Below, piece by piece: positions 43,596-53,652 of a stretch of 53,652 bases of DNA. The notes under the pieces were generated by a model. The model had not been told where the DNA came from and did no database searches. It saw only the letters and a program-made list of their open reading frames with translations. How positions within the stretch are numbered: position 1 is the first letter of the stretch; each line of letters opens with the position of its first letter. The stretch is taken from positions 1 through 53,652 of the forward strand of contig DATCPY010000065.1 of assembly GCA_036569845.1 (NCBI GenBank), read 5' to 3'. Source of the DNA: Candidatus Limnocylindria bacterium (GTDB taxonomy: Bacteria > Chloroflexota > Limnocylindria > P2-11E). The translations under genes and the position numbers were made by a program.

Positions 43596-44752
43596 GCGGC
43601 GACGCCTGAAGCGGCGCGAAGACGCGCGACGATGGGCGGAAGCGCGGTGAGCAGCGCATCGATGTCGGCGTCGTTCGTCGCCCGTCCCAACGTGAGGCGC
43701 AGCGATCCCTGCGCGACGTCGCGATCGAGGCCGAGTGCCAGGAGAACATGCGACGGATCGGTGTCCCCGCTCGTGCACGCGGAGCCGCTCGAGACGCTGA
43801 ACCCCTCGAGGTCGAGCGAGACGACGAGGGCCTCGCCCTGCGTCCCGCGGAAGCAGAACGATGCGTTGTTCGGCAGCCGATCGGTGCGGTGGCCCGTGAG
43901 CAGCGCGTCCGGGATCCGCGAGCGGATGCCCTCGATCAGCCGGTCACGCAGCGCCGCCTGGCGCGCCGACTCGGTGGCGCGCTTCGCGGTCGCGATGCGC
44001 ATGGCCGCGCCGAGCCCGACGATGCCGGCGACGTTCTCCGTCCCGGTCCGGCGGCCCTTCTCCTGCCCGCCGCCGGTCTGCACGGTCGCGATCCGCGTGC
44101 CCGCCCGTACGTACAGCGCGCCGACGCCCTTCGGTCCATAGAACTTGTGCGCGTTCACGCTGAGGAGATCGACGGCGAGCGTGCGCATGTCGATGTCGAG
44201 CGCCCCGACGGTCTGCACCGCGTCGCTGTGGAACGCGACTCCACGCTCCTTGCACAGCGCGCCGATCAAATGGATGGGCTGCAGCGTCCCGATCTCGTTG
44301 TTGCCGTGCATGACCGACACCATCGCCGTGCGCTCGTCGAGCGCGGCCCGCACCGCGTCGGGCGACACCCGGCCGTCGCGATCGACGCCGAGCACTGCCA
44401 CGCGTGCCTGACCGTGGGCAGCGAGGTCGTGTGCGGTATCGAGCACCGCGTGGTGCTCGATCGCCGTGGTAACGATGCCGTCGGCCTCGCCTTCACGGGC
44501 CTTCAGCACCCCTCGGAGCGCCAGGTTGTCGGCCTCGGTGCCGCCCGAGGTGAACACGATCTCGGCGGGATCCGCTCCGATGGCCTGGGCGACCTCGTCC
44601 CGCGCGCGGTCGACGAGGGCGCGCGCCCGCCGCCCCTCGGCGTAGATGCTCGACGGGTTCCCGGGGACCTCACGGAGGACCTGCGCCATGAGCTCACTGA
44701 CCTCCGGATCGACCGGGGTCGTGGCGGCATGGTCGAGATACACGCGCCGCAT
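43592..44752 (-). CDS. iscS: Cysteine desulfurase (IscS/NifS family)
   Basis: From ATG 44752. Contains MRRVYLDHAATTP, FTSGGTEADN, SVNAHKFYGPKGVG (PLP Lys) and SSGSACTS (active Cys). The rest of the 1100-aa track ORF is artefact. Confidence 0.93.
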   Translation of the reverse strand: MRRVYLDHAATTPVDPEVSELMAQVLREVPGNPSSIYAEGRRARALVDRARDEVAQAIGADPAEIVFTSGGTEADNLALRGVLKAREGEADGIVTTAIEHHAVLDTAHDLAAHGQARVAVLGVDRDGRVSPDAVRAALDERTAMVSVMHGNNEIGTLQPIHLIGALCKERGVAFHSDAVQTVGALDIDMRTLAVDLLSVNAHKFYGPKGVGALYVRAGTRIATVQTGGGQEKGRRTGTENVAGIVGLGAAMRIATAKRATESARQAALRDRLIEGIRSRIPDALLTGHRTDRLPNNASFCFRGTQGEALVVSLDLEGFSVSSGSACTSGDTDPSHVLLALGLDRDVAQGSLRLTLGRATNDADIDALLTALPPIVARLRAASGVAA

Positions 44753-44763
44753 CGATGGAAAGT

Positions 44764-45648
44764 CTAGGCGGGCTTGCGCGAACCGACCACGTCGAGCGTC
44801 ATCGTCTCGCCTCCGAGCACGCCGCGCACGACCTTCAGGTACGTCCGGAACCGCCGGTAGTGATCCGCACCCACGAGCTGGACCAGCCGCTCGCGATGGG
44901 CGTGCATGTTCGAGAGCCACCGGTCGAGGGTCCGCTGGTAGTGCTCGCGCGCGATCTGATGGACGACCTGGACCTCGAAGCCGGCTTCGTTCGCCAACCG
45001 GAGCTCGTCGGCGAGCGTGCGGTAGTTCCCGGTGGACCCGTAGATGTCGTTCACGAACGCCATCGCCCGGGTCACGGCCGCGTACCGCTCGTGCGCGAAG
45101 TGGAGCTCCTTGTTCAACATCCAGCCGCCCTCGCGGAGCAGCGCTTTCGCGCGCGCGAAGAAGCCGCCCAGGTCCTGGAAGTGCACGATGACCTCGTCGG
45201 TCAGGACCGCGTCGAACGGCTCGTCGTCGGCGTACTCGCGCCAGTTCCGCACGAGAACCTGCGCCGCGACGCCGTGACGCGCGATCCGCTCCATGGCGGC
45301 GGCCTGCTGCGTCGGCGACAGCGTCAACCCGACCCCGCGCACGCCGTAGCGCTTGCACAGATACGTGAGCGGTCCGCCCCATCCACAGCCGACGTCGAGG
45401 ATGCGCTGGCCCGGCCGAAGGCCCACGAGCCGCGCGAGGAGATCGAGCTTCGCTTCCTGCGACGCCGTCTCGTCGCTGTCCGCGGTCCAGAGGTTCGCGG
45501 AGTAGACGTTCCACTCGCCGCCAGTGATCGTGTAGAAGAACTCGACCGGCTGTTCGTAATGCACGTTCGTCCGCGCCTGATCCTCCTGCGGCGTGAACGC
45601 CTGGTAGAGGCTGCGGGCGTCGGGCGGCGGCACGTACCGGCCGGGCAC
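44764..45648 (-). CDS. cfa: Cyclopropane-fatty-acyl-phospholipid synthase family SAM-dependent methyltransferase
   Basis: Contains HYEQPVEFF, ILDVGCGWGG, GVGLTLSPTQ and VIVHF. GTG start. Confidence 0.82.
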   Translation of the reverse strand: MPGRYVPPPDARSLYQAFTPQEDQARTNVHYEQPVEFFYTITGGEWNVYSANLWTADSDETASQEAKLDLLARLVGLRPGQRILDVGCGWGGPLTYLCKRYGVRGVGLTLSPTQQAAAMERIARHGVAAQVLVRNWREYADDEPFDAVLTDEVIVHFQDLGGFFARAKALLREGGWMLNKELHFAHERYAAVTRAMAFVNDIYGSTGNYRTLADELRLANEAGFEVQVVHQIAREHYQRTLDRWLSNMHAHRERLVQLVGADHYRRFRTYLKVVRGVLGGETMTLDVVGSRKPA

Positions 45649-45676
45649 GCGGGCAGGCTAGACCCCCGAACAGCCG

Positions 45677-48600
45677 TTGGCGAGGCGTAGAGTCGCGCCC
45701 GTGAACGAGCCGAGAACGCGCGAGGGCGGCGCGTCGCTGCAGGTCGGACCTACGCTGCGCGAGGAAGAGCGCAAGGTCGTCACGGTCGTCTTCGCCGACC
45801 TGACCGGCTCGACCGCGCTCGCCGAGCGGCTCGACGCGGAGGACCTCCGCGCGATCCTGACGTCGTTCTTCAACGGGGTCGCGACGGTCGTCCAGCAGTT
45901 CGGCGGGACCGTGGACAAGTACGCCGGTGACGCCGTCATGGCGGTCTTCGGCGCGCCGGCGGCCCACGAGGACGATCCCGAGCGCGCGATCCGCGCGGCG
46001 CTCGGCATGGTGGAGGCGGTCGAGCATCTGAACGCGGAGCTCGACCGGGATCGCGGTCCGAGGCTCGGGCTCCGCGTCGGCGTCAACACCGGCACCGTGA
46101 TCGCCGGCTCGATCGCGCCCGGCGTCCAGGTCGCGTACACCGTCGTCGGAGATGCGGTGAACACCGCCCAGCGACTGCAGTCCATCGCTCCTCCAGGCGG
46201 CGTGCTCGTGGGACGGACGACGCGCCGCCTCGCGGACCGCACGTTCACGTTCGAGGAGCTCGAGCCGGTGCGGGTGAAGGGGAAGGCTCAGCCCGTCGCC
46301 GCGTTCAGGGTGGTCGGGCCACGGAGCCAGCCGGGGATCGGCGCCAAGCTGCGCTCGGCGCTCGTCGGTCGCGACGCGCAGCTCGGTGCCCTGGTCGCGG
46401 CGGTCGACGCCGTCGCGCGAGGCGAGGGCCGGATCGCCCTCATCACGGGCGAACCGGGGATCGGCAAGTCCCGGCTCCTTTCCGAGGCGAAGCGGGCGGG
46501 GAACGCCCGCGCCGTGACCGGGCTCGAGGGTCGCGCGCTCGCGATCGCCCAGGGGATCAGCTACGGGCCGTTCGTCGAGATCGTCAAGCGCGACGCCGGC
46601 ATCGCCGACGACGACCCGGAGGCGACGAGCTGGGAGAAGCTCGAGCAGCGTGCCCGCGCGCTGTTCGGCGCGGACGCCGATGAGGAGCTTCCGTTCCTCG
46701 CATCGCTCGCCGGGATCTCGCTGCGCGGGCCGGCAACGGAACGCACGCGCTACCTCGACGCGCAGGCGATGGGACTGCGCATCTTCGCGACCGCCCGCCG
46801 GTACGTGACCTGCCTCGCGGCGCAGCGCCCGCTCGTCCTCATCTTCGAGGACTGGCACTGGGCCGACGGCTCCTCCGCCGCGCTGCTCGAGCACCTGCTT
46901 CCCCTGATCGACACCCTGCCCCTCGGCATTTGCGTCGCCAGCCGCCCCGGCGAGGCGACCAGTGCGATCGCGCAGCTACGGCAGCGCGCCGAACGCGACC
47001 ACGCTGGGCGGCTGGTCGAAGTGCCGCTCGCGCCCCTCGCACCAGCCGACAGCGAACGGCTCATGCAGAATCTGCTGACGGCGGGCCGGATCCCGAGCTC
47101 GATCCGGTCGCTCATCCTGGGCAAAGCCGAGGGCAATCCGTTCTTCGTGGAGGAGCTAGTCCGCGCGCTCCTGGATCTCGGCGGTATCGCCTACGACGAA
47201 CAGGACGGCGAGTGGCACGCCACCGAGACCCTCGACCGCATCACGATCCCCGACACGATTCAGGGGCTCCTGGTCGCGTACATCGATCGGCTCGACGAGG
47301 ACGTGAAGCAGGTCGCGAAGCTCGCGTCCGTGCTCGGCCGCGCGTTCCTCTACCGGCTCCTGCAGAAGCTCGCCGACGAGGGCGAGATCCTCGACGTCGC
47401 GCTCGCCGAGCTCCAGCACGCCGATCTCATCCGCGAACGCACGCGCATCCCTGACCTCGAGTACATCTTCAAGCACGCGCTCATCCACGACGCGGCGTAC
47501 GAGAGCATCCTGCTGCAGCGTCGGAAGGAGCTGCACGGTCGGGCGGGCGAGGTCATCGAGCTCGTCTTCACCGGGCGCCTCGAGGAGTTCTTCGGCGTGC
47601 TCGCGTATCACTTCGCCCGCGCGGAGCGCTGGGAGAAGGCACAGGACTACCTGTTCAAGGCGGCCGAGCGCGCCGAGAAGATCGCGGGCGACGCCGAGTC
47701 GCTCGAGCACTACCGGCACGCCGTGACCGCGTATGCGCGCGCCTTCGGCGACAAGTGGGACCCGGTGTCCCGCGCCGGCATCGAGCGCCGTATGGGCGAA
47801 GCGCTCTTCCGGCGGGGCGACCACCTCGAGGCGCACGAGTACCTCGATCGCGCGCTCGCGCTCCTCGGCGTGCCGGTGCCGCGGTCGCACCGCGCGCTTC
47901 TCTTCGCGGTCATCCGCGAGCTCCTCCGCCAGATCGGCCACCGGCGGCTGCCCGGCTTCGTCTGGCGCCAGCGGCACGATCCCGCCCCGGAGGAATGGGT
48001 CCGCGCGCTGGAGGTGTCCGGGTGGATCGACTTCTTCGCCGAGCCGGAGCGGCTCGTCTTCGACGTCGGGCGCCTGCTCAACCTGTCGGAGGCGAACGAC
48101 TACCCCCTCGGCATCGCCTACGGATCGATGGGCTTCGGCCTGATCTGCGACGCGCTCGCGCTCCCGAAGTTCGCGGGCGGGTACTACCGCCGCTCGGTCA
48201 AGGTCGCCGAGGCGCTCGGCCATCCGCTCGCGATCGGCCTCGCGTACAACGGGCTCGCGTATCACGAGCAGCACGCGCTCGGCGACGGCGAGGCCGCGGA
48301 TGAGCACTACCGCGTCTCGACCGACGCGTACCGCTCGGCTGGCGACGTCCGGCGGTGGTCCTCGCCCGCGACGCTTTGGAGCACCCTCCGTCGCTTCCGC
48401 GGCGATCTCGACGGCGCGATCGCCATCGGCGCCGAGGTGGCGAAGGCCGGCGACGATGGGGGCGACGATCAGATGCGCGTCTGGGGCCTCCGGGTGCTCG
48501 GCAGCGCGTACCGGCACCGCGGGGATCTCATCGCCGCCGAGGACCATCTTCGGCGGGCGATCGACCTCGCGTGGCTCGTGCCCGATTACCAGTCGATCGT

Positions 48601-49015
48601 GTCGGGCGCCGGCTACCTCGGCGAGTGCCTCGTGGCGACCGGTCGCATCGACGACGCGGTCGCGATGCTCGAGGACGCGGACCGCATCGTGCGCGAGCGG
48701 CGCATCCGCACGTTCTACGCGACCGCGACGCGCATTGCGCTCCCCGAGGCGTACCTCGCGGCGGCCGAGCGCGGCGATCGGGCACGCTGGCTCGACAATG
48801 CGAAACGCGCGCTTCGCGACGCCCAACGGCACTCGCGGATCGACCGCGAGGCGCTTCCCCCGCTCTATCGGTGGCGCGGTCGCTACGAGTGGCTGCGCGG
48901 CGACAAGGATCGGGCCCGGCGATGGTGGGGGCGGAGCCTCGTGATCGCCGAGACGCTGGGCTCGCCGTACGAAGCGCTGCGCACCCACGGCGAACGGGCC
49001 AGGCTGGACCGCTAG
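45677..49015 (+). CDS. Class III adenylate/guanylate cyclase fused to a STAND-type AAA ATPase and TPR repeats
   Basis: The cyclase domain is VVTVVFADLTGST...KYAGDAVMAVFGAP...GVNTG. The Walker A is ITGEPGIGKSRL and the Walker-B-like motif is LVLIFEDWHWAD. The C-terminal approximately 450 aa are TPR-like. The start is TTG 45677 or GTG 45701. Confidence 0.88.
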   Translation: MARRRVAPVNEPRTREGGASLQVGPTLREEERKVVTVVFADLTGSTALAERLDAEDLRAILTSFFNGVATVVQQFGGTVDKYAGDAVMAVFGAPAAHEDDPERAIRAALGMVEAVEHLNAELDRDRGPRLGLRVGVNTGTVIAGSIAPGVQVAYTVVGDAVNTAQRLQSIAPPGGVLVGRTTRRLADRTFTFEELEPVRVKGKAQPVAAFRVVGPRSQPGIGAKLRSALVGRDAQLGALVAAVDAVARGEGRIALITGEPGIGKSRLLSEAKRAGNARAVTGLEGRALAIAQGISYGPFVEIVKRDAGIADDDPEATSWEKLEQRARALFGADADEELPFLASLAGISLRGPATERTRYLDAQAMGLRIFATARRYVTCLAAQRPLVLIFEDWHWADGSSAALLEHLLPLIDTLPLGICVASRPGEATSAIAQLRQRAERDHAGRLVEVPLAPLAPADSERLMQNLLTAGRIPSSIRSLILGKAEGNPFFVEELVRALLDLGGIAYDEQDGEWHATETLDRITIPDTIQGLLVAYIDRLDEDVKQVAKLASVLGRAFLYRLLQKLADEGEILDVALAELQHADLIRERTRIPDLEYIFKHALIHDAAYESILLQRRKELHGRAGEVIELVFTGRLEEFFGVLAYHFARAERWEKAQDYLFKAAERAEKIAGDAESLEHYRHAVTAYARAFGDKWDPVSRAGIERRMGEALFRRGDHLEAHEYLDRALALLGVPVPRSHRALLFAVIRELLRQIGHRRLPGFVWRQRHDPAPEEWVRALEVSGWIDFFAEPERLVFDVGRLLNLSEANDYPLGIAYGSMGFGLICDALALPKFAGGYYRRSVKVAEALGHPLAIGLAYNGLAYHEQHALGDGEAADEHYRVSTDAYRSAGDVRRWSSPATLWSTLRRFRGDLDGAIAIGAEVAKAGDDGGDDQMRVWGLRVLGSAYRHRGDLIAAEDHLRRAIDLAWLVPDYQSIVSGAGYLGECLVATGRIDDAVAMLEDADRIVRERRIRTFYATATRIALPEAYLAAAERGDRARWLDNAKRALRDAQRHSRIDREALPPLYRWRGRYEWLRGDKDRARRWWGRSLVIAETLGSPYEALRTHGERARLDR

Positions 49016-49893
49016 GCCGAGGCGAACTCCTCGAAGATCGCGAGCGAGATCCGCGCGAGCGCGCCATCGTCGTCGATGTTGTCGCGCGGCAGCTCGCGGG
49101 CGAACAGCGCGATCACGTACGGGCCGTTCGGCGCGTACACGATGCCGACGTCGTTGCGGAGCCGGCGGTACGACCCGGTCTTGTGAGCGACGACCGTCCC
49201 CTTCGGCAGGAGACCCGGGATGCGGGTGGCCGACTGGATCCGTTTCATGAGCTCGACGATCGCCGTGCATGCGTCCGGGTCGAGGATGGCACGCGATTCG
49301 ACGAGCTCAAGGAGCCGGCACATGTCCGCGGGCGTCGTCCGGTCCGCCTGGTCCGGGATCATCGATCGTCCGCCCGTGCCCGCGGAGAGCCGGAGCAGCC
49401 GCCGGAGCTCGTCGTAGCCGCCGGGCTTGGCGTGGTCCATGTCGACCAGCTCCATGAGCATCTCGCGGATGTCGAACGGAACGCGGATGCTGGTGAGCCC
49501 CAGGCGGGCCATGGTCGCTTCGATGCGGGCCTTCCCCACTCGCTCGAACAGGAGATCGGTGGCCGTGTTGTCGCTCACCGACATCATCAGGACCGACAGG
49601 TCGCGAAGCGTCGGGGCGAGGCCGTCGTCCAGATATTGCAGCACCCCGGAGCCAGCGACCTTCGTCTCGTCGCGATAAGTGACGCGCTCTGAGAGGTCGA
49701 TGCGCCCCGCGATCGCGTCCTCGTACAGCGTCACGAGGAGCGGCAGCTTGATCACCGACGCGGTCGGGAAGAGCTCGTCCTCGCGGTACCCGAAGTGCCG
49801 CCCGGTCGCGAGCTGCGTCGCCGCGACGCCGACGATCCCGCCGGTCGCGTCGGCAAGTCGCTCGATCTGGTTCGCGACGGCCGTCGTGCTCAC
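49012..49893 (-). CDS. Class A beta-lactamase-like serine hydrolase without an obvious signal peptide
   Basis: Contains ASVIK (SxxK), SVSDN (SDN) and HKTGS (KTG). The N-terminus [19 protein letters not shown] is not signal-like. Confidence 0.75.
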   Translation of the reverse strand: MSTTAVANQIERLADATGGIVGVAATQLATGRHFGYREDELFPTASVIKLPLLVTLYEDAIAGRIDLSERVTYRDETKVAGSGVLQYLDDGLAPTLRDLSVLMMSVSDNTATDLLFERVGKARIEATMARLGLTSIRVPFDIREMLMELVDMDHAKPGGYDELRRLLRLSAGTGGRSMIPDQADRTTPADMCRLLELVESRAILDPDACTAIVELMKRIQSATRIPGLLPKGTVVAHKTGSYRRLRNDVGIVYAPNGPYVIALFARELPRDNIDDDGALARISLAIFEEFASA

Positions 49894-51659
49894 GGCTTCG
49901 ACGGCTTGACCACGACGCGGAGCCCGAGCTCCTCGAGGAGCTTCGCGTCGATCTCCGCCGGAGCGTCGAGCAGCGGGTCGTAACCGGTCTGGGTCTTGGG
50001 GAACGACTGCACCTCGCGGATGTTCTCCGTCCCCGCGAGGCTCATGCAGAGTCGATCGATGCCGGCGCCCACGCCGCCGCTCGGCGGCGCGCCGTACTCG
50101 AGCGCATCGAGGAGCGCGCCAAAGCGCGCGGCGGCGTCCTCCTTGGTCACGCCCATCTGCTCGAAGACGCGTTCCTGCACGGCGCGCTGGAAGATACGGA
50201 TGCTGCCCCCGAAGATCTCCTTGCCGTCGACCGTGAAGTCGTACTGCATCGACTTGGCCTTTTCCGGTTCGGTATCCAACAGCTCGAGATCCTCGTTCGT
50301 TAGCGGAGCGCAGAAGGGGTTATGGGTGAACGTCCAACCGCCTTCGGGCGTGCGCTCGACCAGCGGGAAGTCGATGATCCACATCGCATAGTGCTTGGTC
50401 GTGTCGGCGAGGCCGAGGTCGAGCCCGAGGCGCTCGCGCAGGACACCGAGCGACACGCTCGCGGTGAGATGGCTGTCCGCGACGGCGAGGAGCAGGTCGC
50501 CGTCCTTCGCGCCGGAGGCGACGCGGAGCGCTTCGATCTCCTGAGCGGTCAGGAACTTCGCGACCGGCGAGCGGATCTCGCTGCCCGCGAACGCGAACGA
50601 GGCGAGGCCCTTCGCGCCCTTCGTCTTCGCGACGGCCTGCCAGCCGTCGATGTCCTTCCGGCTTGCGTCGGCCTTACCGGCCACGACCAGGCCCCGCACC
50701 GCACCGCCCGCATCGATGACCGAGCGGAAGGCGTTGAAGCCGGTCGCGCGAAGCGCGTCGGTGAGGTCCACGAGCTCCATCCCGAAGCGCATGTCGGGCC
50801 GGTCGCTGCCGTACCGCCGGATCGCCTCCTCGTACGTCATCCGCGGCACCGGCGTCCGCGCGAGCGGTTTGCGCCCGAAGGTCCTGAAGATCTCCGTGTA
50901 GAGCGCCTCGAGCGTGGCCATGACGTCCTCGCGCTCGACGAAGCTCATCTCGAGGTCGAGCTGGGTGTGCTCGTAGACACGATCCGCGCGCGGGTCTTCG
51001 TCGCGGTAGCAGTGCGCGATCTGGAAGTACTTGTCGATCCCGCCGACCATGAGGATCTGCTTGAACTGCTGCGGCGATTGCGGCAGCGCCCAGAACTTCC
51101 CCGGGTAATAGCGCGAAGGCACGACGAAGTCGCGCGCGCCCGTCGGGTCGGAGCGGATCATCGTGGGCGTCTCGATCTCCCAGAATCCGCGCTCCGTCAG
51201 GTAGCGGCGAATGAACGCGACGACCTCGTGGCGCAACCGCATGAGCTCCTTCGGCCCCTCGCGCCGGAGGTCGATGTATCGATATTTCCAGCGGAGGGTC
51301 TCGTCGACCGGCGTCTCCTCGTTCACATAGAAAGGAGGGGTCTTCGCCTCGTTCAGGACCTCGACCGCCGTCGCCGCGACCTCGATGCCCCCGGTCGGAA
51401 GCTTCGGGTTCACCGTGTCCTTCGACCGCTCGCGCACCGTACCGGTCACCTTGATCACCCACTCGCTCCGGACCGCTCCGAGCGCGTCATGCGCCGGCTC
51501 GCCGGCCTTCGCCACGATCTGGGTGATCCCGTAGCGATCGCGAAGATCGATGAACGTGAGGCCGCCCAGATCACGCCGGCGGTTCACCCAGCCGGCGAGC
51601 GTGACGGTCGAGCCTGCGGCGGCGGGCGTGAGCTCGCCGCAGGTGTGCGTGCGCAACAT
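49890..51659 (-). CDS. aspS: Aspartate--tRNA ligase
   Basis: 589 aa. [11 protein letters not shown]...[17 protein letters not shown] is the OB fold. Class II motifs FRDE-like ([11 protein letters not shown]) and GGGIGIDR-like (GVGAGIDRL) are present. Confidence 0.95.
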   Translation of the reverse strand: MLRTHTCGELTPAAAGSTVTLAGWVNRRRDLGGLTFIDLRDRYGITQIVAKAGEPAHDALGAVRSEWVIKVTGTVRERSKDTVNPKLPTGGIEVAATAVEVLNEAKTPPFYVNEETPVDETLRWKYRYIDLRREGPKELMRLRHEVVAFIRRYLTERGFWEIETPTMIRSDPTGARDFVVPSRYYPGKFWALPQSPQQFKQILMVGGIDKYFQIAHCYRDEDPRADRVYEHTQLDLEMSFVEREDVMATLEALYTEIFRTFGRKPLARTPVPRMTYEEAIRRYGSDRPDMRFGMELVDLTDALRATGFNAFRSVIDAGGAVRGLVVAGKADASRKDIDGWQAVAKTKGAKGLASFAFAGSEIRSPVAKFLTAQEIEALRVASGAKDGDLLLAVADSHLTASVSLGVLRERLGLDLGLADTTKHYAMWIIDFPLVERTPEGGWTFTHNPFCAPLTNEDLELLDTEPEKAKSMQYDFTVDGKEIFGGSIRIFQRAVQERVFEQMGVTKEDAAARFGALLDALEYGAPPSGGVGAGIDRLCMSLAGTENIREVQSFPKTQTGYDPLLDAPAEIDAKLLEELGLRVVVKPSKP

Positions 51660-51661
51660 CG

Positions 51662-53014
51662 CTAGACCTTCGGGTCCACGAGGAACGGCGTCTCGCCCGC
51701 CGCGCCGGGCTCGTCGATGAGCCTCGGCTTCGGGCGCTTCGGCACGTGGCGGCCGACCTCGACGACCACCGCGGCGAGCCGGGTGACGCGCTGCTCCTTC
51801 GCGACGAGGTCGCGCACGATGACCTTGCCGCCGCGCGACTCCTCGGTGCCGCGGATCACCGCGACCTTCGCGCCGTGCTTCACGGCGCTCTCGAGCTGCT
51901 TATCGAGCGAGCGCTTCGAGTGGTCCACGGCGACGCGGAACCCGGCTTCGCGCAGCGGGGTCGCGAGCTGGATCCGGTCGGCGCCGTCGTTGGGCTCGCC
52001 GGAGAGGACGTACACGTCGGCCTCGACCGACTCGTCGATCTTCACACCCTGTTTCTTCAACGCGAAGTACAGCACGTCCACCCCCCCTGCGACACCCGTA
52101 CCGGGACGGTCGGGGCCGCCCATCGTGCGGACGAGCTCGTCGTACCGCCCGCCGCCAGCGACGGAGATGTCGCCGGCCTGAGTGAATTCCGGATCGGTGA
52201 GGATGAACTCGAAGACCGTGCGCGTGTAGTAGTCGAAGCCGCGCACCTTCCGGTCGTCGATCTCGTAGCGGATCCCGAGGCGCTCGAGGCCCTCCGTCAC
52301 CTCGGCGAAGTGGGCCTTGTCCTCGTCGGACACGAGCTCGCGGATCTTCGGTGCGCCCTCGGCGATCTTCCGGTCGTTCGCGTTCTTGCAGTCGAAGATG
52401 CGCATCACGCTGCCCTCGAGCCGCTGCTTGCAGTCCTCGTCGAGTTGGTCGCGGTACGTGCTGAAGTAGTCCACGAGCGCGGCCCTCACCTTCGGGCGCG
52501 ACGCCGTGTCGCCGATCGTGTTCAGCTTCAGCACGACGTCGGTCAGGCCGACCTCCCCGAGGAGCCCATTCGTGAACTCGATGATCTCGACGTCGGCCGC
52601 CGGCTCGCCCGCGCCGAAAAGCTCGAGGCCCCACTGCCAGAACTGGCGGTAGCGGAGCTTCTGCGGACGCTGGCCGCGGAACATCGGCTCCCAGTAGAAG
52701 AGGCGCACCGGCTGCGGGACGAGGTGCAGAGCGTGCTCGAGGTACGCGCGCACGACCGGCGCGGTGCCCTCGGGCCGCAGCGCGAGCCCGCTCTGGCCGT
52801 GCAGCGCGACGTCGTACATCTCCTTACCCGCGGTGTCGCTCGTCGCGCCGGCCGAGCGGAGGAACACCTCGCGGTCCTCCACGGCAGGGGTGACGATCCG
52901 CGGGTACCCGTAGCGCTTCGCGCGCGCCATCACCACGGAGAACAGCCGGTCGAAGCCGGCGGCCTCCTCAGGCAGTAGATCCCGCATCCCGCGGGGCGCT
53001 TGATACGTGGGCAT
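51662..53014 (-). CDS. hisS: Histidine--tRNA ligase
   Basis: From ATG 53014: [15 protein letters not shown]...[17 protein letters not shown]...GGGRYD. Confidence 0.93.
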   Translation of the reverse strand: MPTYQAPRGMRDLLPEEAAGFDRLFSVVMARAKRYGYPRIVTPAVEDREVFLRSAGATSDTAGKEMYDVALHGQSGLALRPEGTAPVVRAYLEHALHLVPQPVRLFYWEPMFRGQRPQKLRYRQFWQWGLELFGAGEPAADVEIIEFTNGLLGEVGLTDVVLKLNTIGDTASRPKVRAALVDYFSTYRDQLDEDCKQRLEGSVMRIFDCKNANDRKIAEGAPKIRELVSDEDKAHFAEVTEGLERLGIRYEIDDRKVRGFDYYTRTVFEFILTDPEFTQAGDISVAGGGRYDELVRTMGGPDRPGTGVAGGVDVLYFALKKQGVKIDESVEADVYVLSGEPNDGADRIQLATPLREAGFRVAVDHSKRSLDKQLESAVKHGAKVAVIRGTEESRGGKVIVRDLVAKEQRVTRLAAVVVEVGRHVPKRPKPRLIDEPGAAGETPFLVDPKV

Positions 53015-53491
53015 CGGGCCATCAAGTATGGTCGAAAGGACACATCGCATCGGAGGTGCACCACGACCGATCAACAGAGCGCCAGCGTCGAGCTCGAGCG
53101 CGGCGGGAGCTTCACCATCGCGCTGCGGCCGGACAAGGCCGCCAAAACCGTCGAGAACTTCGTCGCGAAAGCGAAGGCCGGCTTCTACGACGGCAAGACG
53201 TTCCATCGGGTCGAGGACTGGGTCGTTCAGGGCGGTGATCCGGACGGCACCGGCCGCGGCGGCGGCAAGATGCCGAGCGAGCTGAACGACCTGCCGTTCT
53301 CGAAGGGCTCCGCCGGGATCGCCCGCGGGCCGGATATCAAGGTCAACAATGACGCCCAGTTCTTTGTCTGTAAGACCGACGCGTCGTGGCTGAACGACCA
53401 GTACACGAACTTCGGCCAGGTCACGACCGGCCAGGACGTCGTGCAGGGGATCCGGGTCGGCGACAAGATCAAGAAGGTCACCGTCGGGTGA
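53000..53491 (+). CDS. Cyclophilin-type peptidyl-prolyl cis-trans isomerase. The start is uncertain (TTG 53000 is the only in-frame candidate).
   Basis: Contains KTVENFVAKAKAGFYDGKTFHRV, VQGGDP and the end of the cyclophilin core, FGQVTTGQDVV. Confidence 0.8.
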   Translation: MIRGHRAIKYGRKDTSHRRCTTTDQQSASVELERGGSFTIALRPDKAAKTVENFVAKAKAGFYDGKTFHRVEDWVVQGGDPDGTGRGGGKMPSELNDLPFSKGSAGIARGPDIKVNNDAQFFVCKTDASWLNDQYTNFGQVTTGQDVVQGIRVGDKIKKVTVG

Positions 53492-53652
53492 GACACGCCA
53501 CCCTCTTCGCGACACTCGTCGTCATCGCGGCCGCCTGCGGCAGCACCGCCGCGGCGCCGACGGCGACGCCCATCCGCACCGCGGCGCCCGTCGCGCGGAC
53601 CGCGACCGCCGCGCCGGCGGTCCTCTGCCAGGGCGCGCCGAACCAGCCGTCG
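53488..53652 (+). CDS. Putative lipoprotein, N-terminal fragment (runs off the window end)
   Basis: GTG 53488 lies in a GTGA overlap with the PPIase stop. The translation is VRHATLFATLVVIAAACGSTAAAP.... It has the same VIAAAC lipobox-like motif as the 9632..11140 protein. Confidence 0.45.
   Translation, partial: MRHATLFATLVVIAAACGSTAAAPTATPIRTAAPVARTATAAPAVLCQGAPNQPS

Noticed and set aside
43592-46894. 1100-aa minus-strand ORF that would fuse iscS to a huge N-terminal extension
   Set aside because: The extension overlaps the cfa-like CDS in another frame and is antisense to the cyclase gene. IscS homology begins exactly at the internal ATG 44752 (MRRVYLDHAATTP).
1-53652. CRISPR arrays, rRNA genes, IS elements or prophage genes
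   Set aside because: No regularly spaced direct repeats, no rRNA-like conserved stretches and no transposase, integrase or phage structural signatures were found in any ORF translation.

Overview
High-GC (about 70%) bacterial chromosome segment. Gene order (scpA-scpB-rluB-cmk-plsC-ispH-der-plsY-gpsA; alaS-ruvX-mltG-aroE-aroC-aroKB-aroQ-efp; tlyA-nadK) resembles Actinomycetota or a related Terrabacteria lineage. Most genes lie on the minus strand and are packed with 1-4 nt start/stop overlaps. Most of the window is housekeeping: aminoacyl-tRNA synthetases, shikimate pathway, Fe-S assembly, lipid and nucleotide metabolism. The clearly accessory part is 329-11140. It holds a free-standing double-motif LAGLIDADG homing endonuclease 6 nt from tRNA-Pro(GGG). 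It also holds an 8-gene gas-vesicle cluster in the order gvpF-G-L-S-L-K-J-A, with gvpA last and no gvpN, gvpO or gvpC in the window. Directly upstream of the gvp genes are a nickel superoxide dismutase module (sodN-sodX) and a YggX-like gene. Directly downstream is an overlapping pair of sensor kinases (GAF/PAS kinase, then REC-kinase). Other points of interest: (1) a 60-nt GC-rich hairpin repeat present twice, once in frame inside a gvpL/F paralog, with a compensatory base-pair change between the copies; (2) a two-gene insertion between alaS and ruvX, made of a degenerate FtsA/PilM-like actin-fold protein and a bitopic beta-rich membrane protein; (3) a small secreted protein coupled to a membrane HD-GYP phosphodiesterase; (4) gpsA without a canonical start codon. 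All calls come from manual reading of the ORF translations and DNA. No database search was run, so family assignments rest on recalled motifs. In this GC-rich DNA many long ORFs in the track are antisense or upstream-extension artefacts, and these were discarded.
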